Source: Bacteroidales bacterium (GTDB lineage: Bacteria > Bacteroidota > Bacteroidia > Bacteroidales > VadinHA17). Taken from it: 64,000 bases of DNA. The first letter of the stretch is position 1. The number at the start of each line of letters is the position of its first letter. Shown here one piece after another: positions 1 to 8,647 of this stretch. The translations under genes and the position numbers were made by a program. The notes below the pieces were generated by a model. It had not been told where the DNA came from. It did no database searches and saw only the letters and a program-made list of their open reading frames with translations. Where the stretch lies: assembly GCA_017999895.1 (NCBI GenBank), contig JAGNKY010000015.1, forward strand, positions 4,278 to 68,277, read 5' to 3'.

Positions 1-21
1 GTTCGATTCCCCTTATCTCCA
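1..21 (+). tRNA. 3' end of a tRNA gene truncated by the window edge; isotype not determinable
   Basis: T-loop consensus GTTCGATT at 1-8, T-stem 3' half CCCCT (9-13), 7-nt acceptor strand TATCTCC (14-20) and discriminator A21. No encoded CCA. The anticodon lies outside the window. Confidence 0.6.
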
Positions 22-159
22 CATAAAACAGAGTTAGCGTGAGAGCTGAAAGCCTTGATTGTCGAAAGAACGTCAGGGCAAGAGCGGGCACTCTCATTCT
101 GTTTTCTCACACTCACATTGATCTTCAGGCATTAAATTTTTACTAATGTTAAACCAATG

Positions 160-191
160 TTTGCCAATAAGTACAATTAATAATACCTTTA
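160..191 (+). promoter_or_regulatory. Candidate Bacteroidota-type promoter for the four-gene cassette
   Basis: TTTG at 160-163 and TACCTTTA at 184-191 (7/8 match to the TAnnTTTG -7 element), spaced 20 nt apart and ~24 nt upstream of the ATG at 215. Motif match only. Confidence 0.3.
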
Positions 192-214
192 ATCATTTCT
201 AAAAATGAAAAATT

Positions 215-3200
215 ATGCCCAAAATCTTTGATAATATTTCTTTACACCTGAAAACAGGATTATTAGAGACACTGGAAAGCTCCTACAGCGCTGACTTTTG
301 TGTTGGCTATTTCAATCTTCGTGGCTGGAAATTATTAATGAATCATATTGACCATTTTAAAGGTAATGATGGTTGTTGCCGACTACTTATAGGTATGCAA
401 AGTCCTGATGAAAGTCTATTGCGTTTAGCATTAAGCGAAACAAAAAAAGGAATGATGGACAATCCTACCGCATTGGCTTTAAAGAAAGAAATGGCAAAAT
501 CATTTACAAGGCAATTGACTTTTGGAATACCAACAAATGAAGATGAAGAAAGTCTCAGAAAATTAAAATTGCAATTATCTGAAAGAAAAGTAAAAGTAAA
601 ACTGTTTCTTTCATATCCATTGCATGCAAAACTTTATTTGTGCCATAAAAATGACAAAGATGCACCCCTAATAGGATATGTCGGAAGTAGCAATTTAACA
701 ATGGCGGGACTTGTCCAGCAAGGTGAACTTAATGTCAATGTGGTTGAACAGGATGCTGCAGAAAAACTCTATAAATGGTTTGAAGAAAGATGGACAGACC
801 GATGGTGTATTGATATTTCTGAAGAACTAATCCAAATCATTGATGAAAGTTGGGCAGGTGAAAAGAGTATCCCTCCATATCTAATATACTTGAAAATTGC
901 TTACCACCTGTCTCAGGAGGCTCGAAGCGGAATTGGCAATTATATCATTCCTAAGATATTGCAAACAGATCTATTGCCTTTCCAGATGAATGCTGTAAGT
1001 ATTGCAGCCAGGCATCTTGATAAAAGAGGTGGCGTTCTGATAAGTGATGTAGTTGGATTGGGGAAGACAATGACTGCTACTGCAGTGGCAAAACTTTTTG
1101 AAGAAACATTCTTCACTGAAACATTAATAATATGCCCTAAAAATATCGTTGATATGTGGGAGGACTACGTACATACATATCAATTAAGAGCAAAAGTTCA
1201 CAGCATTTCGAAGATTGACAGGAATTTTCTTGAAAAGACGAGAAGGTACAGAGTAGTTATAATAGATGAAAGCCATAATTTAAGAAACAGAGAAGGCAAA
1301 CGTTATGCAATTGTTAAAGAATATATTGAAAAGAATGAAAGCAGGGTTATTTTAATAACTGCAACCCCTTACAATAAAAGTTATTTAGATATTTCAAACC
1401 AGCTCCGGCTGTTTATCCCTGAAGATAAAGATATTGGAATTTCACCGGAACAATTTTTGCGGGAAGTGGGAAGCCCTATTGAGTTTATTGCTAAATACCA
1501 GTATTCACCAAATACTTTATTAGCTTTTGAAAAAAGTAGTTTTTCAGAAGACTGGCAGGAACTGCTCAAACTATACATGGTACGACGCACCAGAACATTT
1601 ATAAAAGAAAATTATGCAACATACGATCCGGTAAAAAAACAATATTATTTGACCTTTAATGATGGAAGAATAGAATATTTTCCAGATAGAATTCCAAAAA
1701 AAATTGAATACTCTTTTGATCCTCATGATAAGGACAATATTTATGTAAAACTCTATGACGATGAAATCGTAAATATTATAAACAACTTGTACCTGGCCCG
1801 GTATGGTCTTGGAAATTACATTGATAAAGAAAAAGAAGAAGAGGCAACACCTGAAGAAAAACGAATTATCAATAATTTAAGCCGGGCCGGAAAACGCCTG
1901 ATGGGGTTTTGCAGGACAAACCTGTACAAAAGACTCGAAAGCTCAGGATTCTCGTTCCTTATCTCTTTGGCCAGGCATGTTTTACGAAATCACATCTTTA
2001 TTTATGCAATTGAAAACGGTCTCCCAATACCAATTGGCCAGCAGGAAACAATTGAAATGGATGAATTTCTTGAAGAGAATGATAATACCGACAATGTTCA
2101 ACTTAATCTTATTACTGATGTCAGCGAATACAAAAAGCTTGCGAAAAGATATTACGAAAATTATGTAGCTGAAAAAAATAAATATGACTGGATATCAAGT
2201 ATACTTTTTAAAGATTCACTTAAAGAATTACTACTAAATGATGCAGATAATATTATTTCAATAATTCAAATTGGAAAAAACTGGAATCCGGACGAAGATA
2301 AACAACTTAATTCTCTCGAAAAACTATGCAGTATAGACCATAAAAATGAAAAGATTCTTATATTTACTCAATTCGCAGACACTGCAGTATATCTTTATGA
2401 ACAACTTCAGAAGAGGGGCATAAAAGAAATTGCATGTGCAACCGGGAATCTTGAAAATCCTACCGAACTTGCACATAGATTTAGCCCCATAAGTAATAAA
2501 ATCGAAAATGTTAAAGACGAAATTCGTACATTAATTAGTACAGACGTCTTAAGTGAAGGCCAGAATCTGCAGGATGCCCATATAATTGTAAATTACGACT
2601 TGCCGTGGGCAATTATCCGGCTGATTCAAAGAGCAGGCCGTGTTGATAGGATCGGACAAACTTCGGATAAAATTTTATGCTATTCATTTTTGCCACAGGA
2701 CGGACTTGAAAGAATTATCAGACTAAGAAACCGTCTAACACAGAGAATAAGGGAAAACGCCGAAACTGTGGGCGCCGATGAAATATTTTTTGACGGTGAT
2801 CCTGTAAATATTCAGGACTTATACAATGAAAAAGCAGGTATCCTGGATGATGAAGAAGGAGATGTCGATCTTACTTCCGAGGCTTATGAAATATGGAACC
2901 AGGCAATTAAGGCTAATCCTGATTTAAAAAAGAAAGTCACTAAACTTCCTGACGTTGTTTATTCAACTAAACAGAAACAGCAGGAAGATTTCATAAGTAA
3001 CAGCATAATAACTTATCACAGAAACAGCCGTGGTTTTGAAGTACTTACATGGCTTGACGAAAACGGCAGTATAATTTCTACCAGCCAGTCTAGAATTTTA
3101 AAAGTAGCGGAATGTTCACTTGATACTCCTGCAGTTGAAAAGTTACCCAATCATCATGAACTTGTCAAACAATCTGTAATGATTGCTGAAAAAGAAGCAG

Positions 3201-3526
3201 CAAAATCAGGCGGTCAGCTCGGAAGCAAGTCAAGTGCAAGGTATAAAGCTTATGGTATTCTTACTCGTTATTACGAAAGCGTCAAAAATACTCTTTTTGA
3301 TATTGATGCACTTAAGAAAACTATTAATGATATTTATCACTATCCTTTGCGTGAAACAGCAAGGGAAATTATTAATCGCCGTATTAAACTTGGTTGTTCA
3401 GATGAGGAAATGGCATATTTGTGTATGCAATTACGTGATGAAGGTCGTCTCTGTGTAATAGAACAAAAAGATCAGGATAGTTTTAATACTCCTCAGATAA
3501 TTTGCTCACTGGGAATAAGAAAATAA
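215..3526 (+). CDS. PLD-family (single HKD-type) nuclease domain fused to an SNF2/SF2 helicase, with a ~290-aa uncharacterised C-terminal region
   Basis: 1103-aa ORF. PLD motif HAKLYL...GSSNLT (aa 137-162, nt ~623-700). Helicase motif I DVVGLGKT (GLGKT at nt 1055-1069), motif II DESH (1265-1276), motif III TATP, and motifs V/VI SEGQNLQ...QRAGRVDRIGQ. Confidence 0.85.
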   Translation: MPKIFDNISLHLKTGLLETLESSYSADFCVGYFNLRGWKLLMNHIDHFKGNDGCCRLLIGMQSPDESLLRLALSETKKGMMDNPTALALKKEMAKSFTRQLTFGIPTNEDEESLRKLKLQLSERKVKVKLFLSYPLHAKLYLCHKNDKDAPLIGYVGSSNLTMAGLVQQGELNVNVVEQDAAEKLYKWFEERWTDRWCIDISEELIQIIDESWAGEKSIPPYLIYLKIAYHLSQEARSGIGNYIIPKILQTDLLPFQMNAVSIAARHLDKRGGVLISDVVGLGKTMTATAVAKLFEETFFTETLIICPKNIVDMWEDYVHTYQLRAKVHSISKIDRNFLEKTRRYRVVIIDESHNLRNREGKRYAIVKEYIEKNESRVILITATPYNKSYLDISNQLRLFIPEDKDIGISPEQFLREVGSPIEFIAKYQYSPNTLLAFEKSSFSEDWQELLKLYMVRRTRTFIKENYATYDPVKKQYYLTFNDGRIEYFPDRIPKKIEYSFDPHDKDNIYVKLYDDEIVNIINNLYLARYGLGNYIDKEKEEEATPEEKRIINNLSRAGKRLMGFCRTNLYKRLESSGFSFLISLARHVLRNHIFIYAIENGLPIPIGQQETIEMDEFLEENDNTDNVQLNLITDVSEYKKLAKRYYENYVAEKNKYDWISSILFKDSLKELLLNDADNIISIIQIGKNWNPDEDKQLNSLEKLCSIDHKNEKILIFTQFADTAVYLYEQLQKRGIKEIACATGNLENPTELAHRFSPISNKIENVKDEIRTLISTDVLSEGQNLQDAHIIVNYDLPWAIIRLIQRAGRVDRIGQTSDKILCYSFLPQDGLERIIRLRNRLTQRIRENAETVGADEIFFDGDPVNIQDLYNEKAGILDDEEGDVDLTSEAYEIWNQAIKANPDLKKKVTKLPDVVYSTKQKQQEDFISNSIITYHRNSRGFEVLTWLDENGSIISTSQSRILKVAECSLDTPAVEKLPNHHELVKQSVMIAEKEAAKSGGQLGSKSSARYKAYGILTRYYESVKNTLFDIDALKKTINDIYHYPLRETAREIINRRIKLGCSDEEMAYLCMQLRDEGRLCVIEQKDQDSFNTPQIICSLGIRK

Positions 3527-3533
3527 GAATCCT

Positions 3534-6500
3534 ATGAATGCAATAAGTAAGCAAGAATTTAAAAGGTATATAGAAAGTTTCGATTTTGTAAATCTTTTTA
3601 ATCAGTTAGGGTGGACTTATATTGATGAACAATTCCCGGTTAAGCTAAAAGAAGAAACCTATTTGTTTAATTGTGTTGCGGAAAAAAGCGGATTCAGGAT
3701 TATAGTTTTTAAACCTGCAAATGAAAACTATCTCCCTGATTATGCCACACGCCTGCAACTTGACAGGCAAATCGGGAAATTATTCCGTGAACATCTTATT
3801 ATTTTCTGCGATAATGCCAATACGATTCAAATATGGCAATTGTCTGTAAAGAGACTTGGCAAACCAACACGTCTTAGCGAAACACGATGGTATAAAGGAC
3901 AGGAACCTGAATTGTTGTATCAAAAAGCATCAAATTTATTCTTTACTCTTGATGAAGAGGACAAAATTACTATTGCTGATGTCGTAGACAGAGTGAATGA
4001 AAACTTCAGCAGGAATGTTGAACAGGTAACCAAAAAGTTCTATGAGAGATTCAGAAAAGAGCATGAAAACTTTCTTCAATTTATTACAGGAATCTCAAAT
4101 ATAACAGATCAGGAATGGTATGCATCTCTGATGCTTAACCGTTTGATGTTCTGCTATTTCATTCAGAAAAAAGGATTTCTTGACAATAATCTGAATTATC
4201 TTAAAGACAAGCTCAACCAGTGTCAGAAAAAAACCGGACGGGATAAATTCTATATAAATTTTTATAAAAGCTTTCTTCTTATATTATTCCATAGAGGACT
4301 TGGCGCTCCTGAACATACAGAAGAAATCAGGAAAGAATTCGGCACCATACCTTATCTGAACGGAGGTCTTTTCGATGTTCATGAACTTGAAAAAAAATAC
4401 GCCGATATAGATATTAAGGATGATGCTTTTGAGGCTATATTTAATTTCTTCGATCAGTATAACTGGCATCTCGATACAAGAATTACAGCAACAGGCAGAG
4501 ATATTAACCCTGATGTAATAGGTTATATTTTTGAAAAATATATTAACGACCGTGCTCAGATGGGGGCTTATTATACAAAGGAAGACATTACAGATTACAT
4601 AAGTAAGAATTGCATTATACCTTTCCTTTTTGATGAAACAGAACGAAAGTATCCGAAAGCTTTTAAAGAGGATGCATGGATATGGCAGATGCTCAGGGAA
4701 TCGGGCGATACTTACATATATGATGCGCTTAAAAAAGGTATTGATATCAATATTCTTGATTTCAATACAAATATCAGCATTGACGACCATGACCACCCCC
4801 TCTGGTCTGACATGCCTGATGATATTCGTGCCGGTTTCCGCCCTGAAATTCAGGATAAGACAGTATTAGCTGATGATCATCCTCATTTATGGGAAATTAG
4901 AAAACCATGGAACCAACAGGCTCCTGAAGCCATTGCATTACCAGCAGAAATTTACCGTGAACTTATTGAACGTCGCAAAAGGTACTGGGAAGTACGAAAA
5001 AAAATTGATGCCGGCGAGATAAACAAGATAAATGATTTCATAACATACAATCTGAATATCCGGCAATTCGCACAGGATATAATTGACAACTCAGACGATC
5101 CTGATCTGATTAAGCATTTTTACGAGGCCCTTATCAACATTACTATTCTTGACCCCACCTGCGGATCAGGCGCCTTTCTTTTTGCTGCATTGAATATTCT
5201 TGAACCACTTTATGAAAGCTGCATAATGCGAATGAGAGCATTCGTTGAAGATGAGGATATTTTAAATGCACATAATAAGAAACACTTTAGCAACAAGTAT
5301 AAGTATTTCAGAGATGTGCTTTGCATTATTCAGAATCCCCAGCATCCGAATCTCTCATATTTTATTTATAAAAGTATCATTCTCCGAAATCTTTATGGTG
5401 TTGATATAATGAAAGAGGCAGTCGAAATTGCTAAACTTCGTCTGTTTCTAAAGCTTGTCGCGACGGTTGATCCTGATTACAATAAACCAAACCTTGGCCT
5501 TGAACCCCTGCCTGATATTGACTTCAATATTAGGGCAGGTAATACTTTAATAGGATATGCTTCACAAAAGGAAATTGAAGAATTACAGGGGCTGTTTATC
5601 ACGCCAAAAATGAAGGAGGATATACTCGAAGAGTGCGATGTTGTTGCCATGGCATTCAGGCGTTTTAAAGAGCTGCAACTGAAAGGTTATGAAAACAAAA
5701 AAGAGTTTACAGAAGCAAAAAATGAGCTAAACAAACGATTAAAAAAATTGAGTGGCAACCTGAACAAAATTTTACATAAGCAATATTACGAGGGATTGGA
5801 TTATAACAAATGGGAGATCACTCATCAACCTTTCCATTGGTTTGCTGAATTCTATGAGATAATTAATAATAATGGTGGGTTTGATGTGGTGATTGGAAAT
5901 CCACCTTATGTCCAATATTCATCTAATAACTTTGCTTATAAAATTGAAGATACAATTTATGAAACTTACTCTTCTTATAATCTTTATTCATATGTTTTTG
6001 AAAGGAGCCAATCGTTAATTAATAATAAAGCATGGAGTGGTATGATTGTTCAAATAAGCTGTTTATCCACTCCAACTATGGAAACAATGCGACAAAGAAT
6101 GACAAAAAATAGTTCAGTTTTGTTTTTATCTAATTATGCTACTAGACCAGCCTTTTTATTTGAAGGCGTCACAATGAACCTAACTATTATTATCAATCAA
6201 AAGAAAAATAATTCTAATCCTTTAATATACTCATCAAAATATCAAAGATGGTTTAATGAAACTCGTAAGTATCTTTTTGAATCAATAACATATACTGAAG
6301 TGAAGAATGAAAATATTTATTTTAAATACGCTATACCAAAGTTTTCAAATTTCAATGAGAATGTAATAATCAAAAAAATTTTGCGAACTCATAGTAATAT
6401 TGGTAAATACTTAGAACAAACACGAAAAAAAACCACACAACAAATGTTCTACAGAACTGCAGGCGGAAGATATTTCAAAATATTTATTGATAGAGACTTT

Positions 6501-6929
6501 GGCAGTGAGAGTAAAAGCAATAAATCAAAATATTTTAGTAATGAAACAAATGTTTATGAATTTATTACTGTTTTATCTTCTAATACTTGGTGGTGGTGGT
6601 ATACTTTACATTTTGACATGTATAATTGTAAAGACTACATGTTATTTACTTTTCCATATAAATACCTTAATAATGATTCTTTGATAAATTATGGGTATAC
6701 TCTTTGTAAAGACCTTTTATCTAAAGCAGAAAATAAAATACAAAGTTATGAAACAACAGGGAAAAGGTCACAATTAATTTTTACTCCATCAAAATCAAAA
6801 TATATCATAGATAATATAGACCAAATCTTAGCCGAGCATTACGGTTTCACTGAGGAGGAGCTGGATTTTATTATTAATTACGACATAAAATACAGGATGG
6901 GGCATGATGCAGAAAATAATGAAGATTAG
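3534..6929 (+). CDS. Large gamma-class N6-adenine DNA methyltransferase (Eco57I/PglX/DrmMI-like) with a long N-terminal region and a C-terminal putative target-recognition region
   Basis: 1131-aa ORF starting 7 nt after the upstream stop. AYYTKEDI motif (nt ~4566), AdoMet motif I ILDPTCGSGAFLF (D at 5151), NIRAGNTLIG, and catalytic NPPY (5898-5909). No nuclease motif recognised by eye. Confidence 0.85.
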   Translation: MNAISKQEFKRYIESFDFVNLFNQLGWTYIDEQFPVKLKEETYLFNCVAEKSGFRIIVFKPANENYLPDYATRLQLDRQIGKLFREHLIIFCDNANTIQIWQLSVKRLGKPTRLSETRWYKGQEPELLYQKASNLFFTLDEEDKITIADVVDRVNENFSRNVEQVTKKFYERFRKEHENFLQFITGISNITDQEWYASLMLNRLMFCYFIQKKGFLDNNLNYLKDKLNQCQKKTGRDKFYINFYKSFLLILFHRGLGAPEHTEEIRKEFGTIPYLNGGLFDVHELEKKYADIDIKDDAFEAIFNFFDQYNWHLDTRITATGRDINPDVIGYIFEKYINDRAQMGAYYTKEDITDYISKNCIIPFLFDETERKYPKAFKEDAWIWQMLRESGDTYIYDALKKGIDINILDFNTNISIDDHDHPLWSDMPDDIRAGFRPEIQDKTVLADDHPHLWEIRKPWNQQAPEAIALPAEIYRELIERRKRYWEVRKKIDAGEINKINDFITYNLNIRQFAQDIIDNSDDPDLIKHFYEALINITILDPTCGSGAFLFAALNILEPLYESCIMRMRAFVEDEDILNAHNKKHFSNKYKYFRDVLCIIQNPQHPNLSYFIYKSIILRNLYGVDIMKEAVEIAKLRLFLKLVATVDPDYNKPNLGLEPLPDIDFNIRAGNTLIGYASQKEIEELQGLFITPKMKEDILEECDVVAMAFRRFKELQLKGYENKKEFTEAKNELNKRLKKLSGNLNKILHKQYYEGLDYNKWEITHQPFHWFAEFYEIINNNGGFDVVIGNPPYVQYSSNNFAYKIEDTIYETYSSYNLYSYVFERSQSLINNKAWSGMIVQISCLSTPTMETMRQRMTKNSSVLFLSNYATRPAFLFEGVTMNLTIIINQKKNNSNPLIYSSKYQRWFNETRKYLFESITYTEVKNENIYFKYAIPKFSNFNENVIIKKILRTHSNIGKYLEQTRKKTTQQMFYRTAGGRYFKIFIDRDFGSESKSNKSKYFSNETNVYEFITVLSSNTWWWWYTLHFDMYNCKDYMLFTFPYKYLNNDSLINYGYTLCKDLLSKAENKIQSYETTGKRSQLIFTPSKSKYIIDNIDQILAEHYGFTEEELDFIINYDIKYRMGHDAENNED

Positions 6930-6943
6930 CAAATATTATTAAC

Positions 6944-8647
6944 ATGGAAATAAAGCATCTTAGAATTCTGAATTTCAGAGGAATAAAAGAATTAGACTGG
7001 TTTCTTCCGGGGAAATACATTTGTCTCATCGGTCATGGTGATTCATGTAAAACAACTATACTTGATGCTATTGAATATGCTCTTTATCCATCATATACAC
7101 TCTCATTTGACGATTCTGATTTTTATAATTGCAGTACAGAAAATCCTATTGTAATTTTCGTTTCTGTTTCAGACTGTCCGGCCGATTTTTACGAAGAAAC
7201 AAAATTCGGAATGTACCTTAGAGGCATAAAAGACAATAAGATTATCGACGAGCCGGAAGAAGGATCAATTCAAATTCTTACAATTAAACTATCAGTAAAT
7301 AAATCTCTTGAACCTGAATGGATATTATTTACAGATAGGGAAATGGAACGAAAAGAAATTTCCCATAAAATGCGTGAGAAATTGAGTATTTTGCGTGTTG
7401 GTAACCAGATCGAGAAACATTTTACTTGGGGCAAAGGATCTGTTCTTAATAAATGGTCTGATAATATAGATCAGGCAAGAGCAATGATTGCCGATGCAGT
7501 CAGAAAAGCAAAAGAAGGTTTTGATGAAGACAAGATTCCGGATCTTCAAAGCATAATTGAAAAAATATCAAAAACATCTGAAAAATTTGGAATAAGACCG
7601 AAAACCGGATATAAAGCTCAACTTGATACAAAATCTATTTCATTTGGTTATGGAGCAATTTCTATAAACGACGACAAAATACCGGTAAGACAATTTGGTT
7701 CAGGTTCAAAAAAACTGCTTGCTTCAGGCCTTCAAGTTGAAAGTACTAACGAAGGAGCTATTTTGCTTTTTGATGAAATTGAAACTGGTTTAGAACCTTA
7801 TAGACTAAGAAATTTAATAAGGGTTTTAAAGAGAGAATTAGAAAGTAAAGGGCAGATAATAGCAACAACTCATTCATCAGTAGCATTAGTTGAATTTGAT
7901 GCGGCTAATATTGTTATTGTAAGAAATAATGCCGGAATTATTAACTGCCAAACCTTGCCAACAGATATTCAAAAAGAATTTCAGGGTGTATTCAGAAAAG
8001 TACCTGAGGCTTTTTTTGCAAAGAATGTAATTGTTTGTGAAGGAGCAACAGAATATGGATTTTTGCTTGCTTTTGAAGAATATTTGACAGGTATTGGTTA
8101 TGATAATTTTGGTTATCAGGGAGTTACAATTGTCAATGGACAAGGTGATACTTTAAAGCAAATATGTAAAGGGCTTACTTCACTTGGGTATAATACATGC
8201 GTAATTATTGATTCTGATAAAATCAAGAAAGAAGAAATTGAAGCGCTCAGAAAATCTAATATTAAAGTAATCATTTGGAATGACCAGGTTTCTATTGAAG
8301 AAAGGATATTTCTCGATGTTCCAAAGGAATTAATTATTGAAACTATCAATTTAGCTTATGGTTTACTATCAGACGAAATTGGAGAAGAACCGGCAAGACA
8401 GAGCATAATTGATGTCATAAATTCTAAATTACACACTTCCTACTCAACATTTAATGAAATTGTTGAACATTCTGATATAACCGAATTAAGGAAAGATCTT
8501 GGAATAGTTGCAAATGATAAGAAATGGTTTAAAAAAGTCTATAAAGGGAAGTGCCTTGGTTCATTAGTTTTTGGAAGTTTTGATAAAATAAAAAGTACTG
8601 ACATCTATTCGAAAATGTACGATCTAATAAAATGGATCTATGGATAA
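6944..8647 (+). CDS. OLD-family ABC-type ATPase + Toprim nuclease (class 2 OLD / Gabija GajA-like)
   Basis: 567-aa ORF, 14 nt after the upstream stop. P-loop GHGDSCKT (7031-7054), signature-like FGSGSKKLL, and Walker B LLFDEIE (DE at ~7772). Toprim Glu in VIVCEGATE (8039-8041) and DSD in VIIDSDK (8210-8218). Confidence 0.8.
   Translation: MEIKHLRILNFRGIKELDWFLPGKYICLIGHGDSCKTTILDAIEYALYPSYTLSFDDSDFYNCSTENPIVIFVSVSDCPADFYEETKFGMYLRGIKDNKIIDEPEEGSIQILTIKLSVNKSLEPEWILFTDREMERKEISHKMREKLSILRVGNQIEKHFTWGKGSVLNKWSDNIDQARAMIADAVRKAKEGFDEDKIPDLQSIIEKISKTSEKFGIRPKTGYKAQLDTKSISFGYGAISINDDKIPVRQFGSGSKKLLASGLQVESTNEGAILLFDEIETGLEPYRLRNLIRVLKRELESKGQIIATTHSSVALVEFDAANIVIVRNNAGIINCQTLPTDIQKEFQGVFRKVPEAFFAKNVIVCEGATEYGFLLAFEEYLTGIGYDNFGYQGVTIVNGQGDTLKQICKGLTSLGYNTCVIIDSDKIKKEEIEALRKSNIKVIIWNDQVSIEERIFLDVPKELIIETINLAYGLLSDEIGEEPARQSIIDVINSKLHTSYSTFNEIVEHSDITELRKDLGIVANDKKWFKKVYKGKCLGSLVFGSFDKIKSTDIYSKMYDLIKWIYG

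Noticed and set aside
4284-4796. 170-aa minus-strand ORF inside the methyltransferase gene. Similar short ORFs lie at 1381-1590, 7325-7549, 7886-8143 and 8116-8349 inside the cassette genes.
   Set aside because: They lie entirely antisense to, or out of frame within, long ORFs with clear catalytic motifs. Their sequences are low-complexity and I/F/K-rich, as expected from AT-rich antisense frames.
215-6929. Calling the first two genes a BREX or a complete DISARM system.
   Set aside because: No PglZ, BrxC or BrxL-like genes (BREX) and no DrmA or DrmB/DUF1998 genes (the DISARM core) are present in the island. Only the helicase/methylase resemblance holds.
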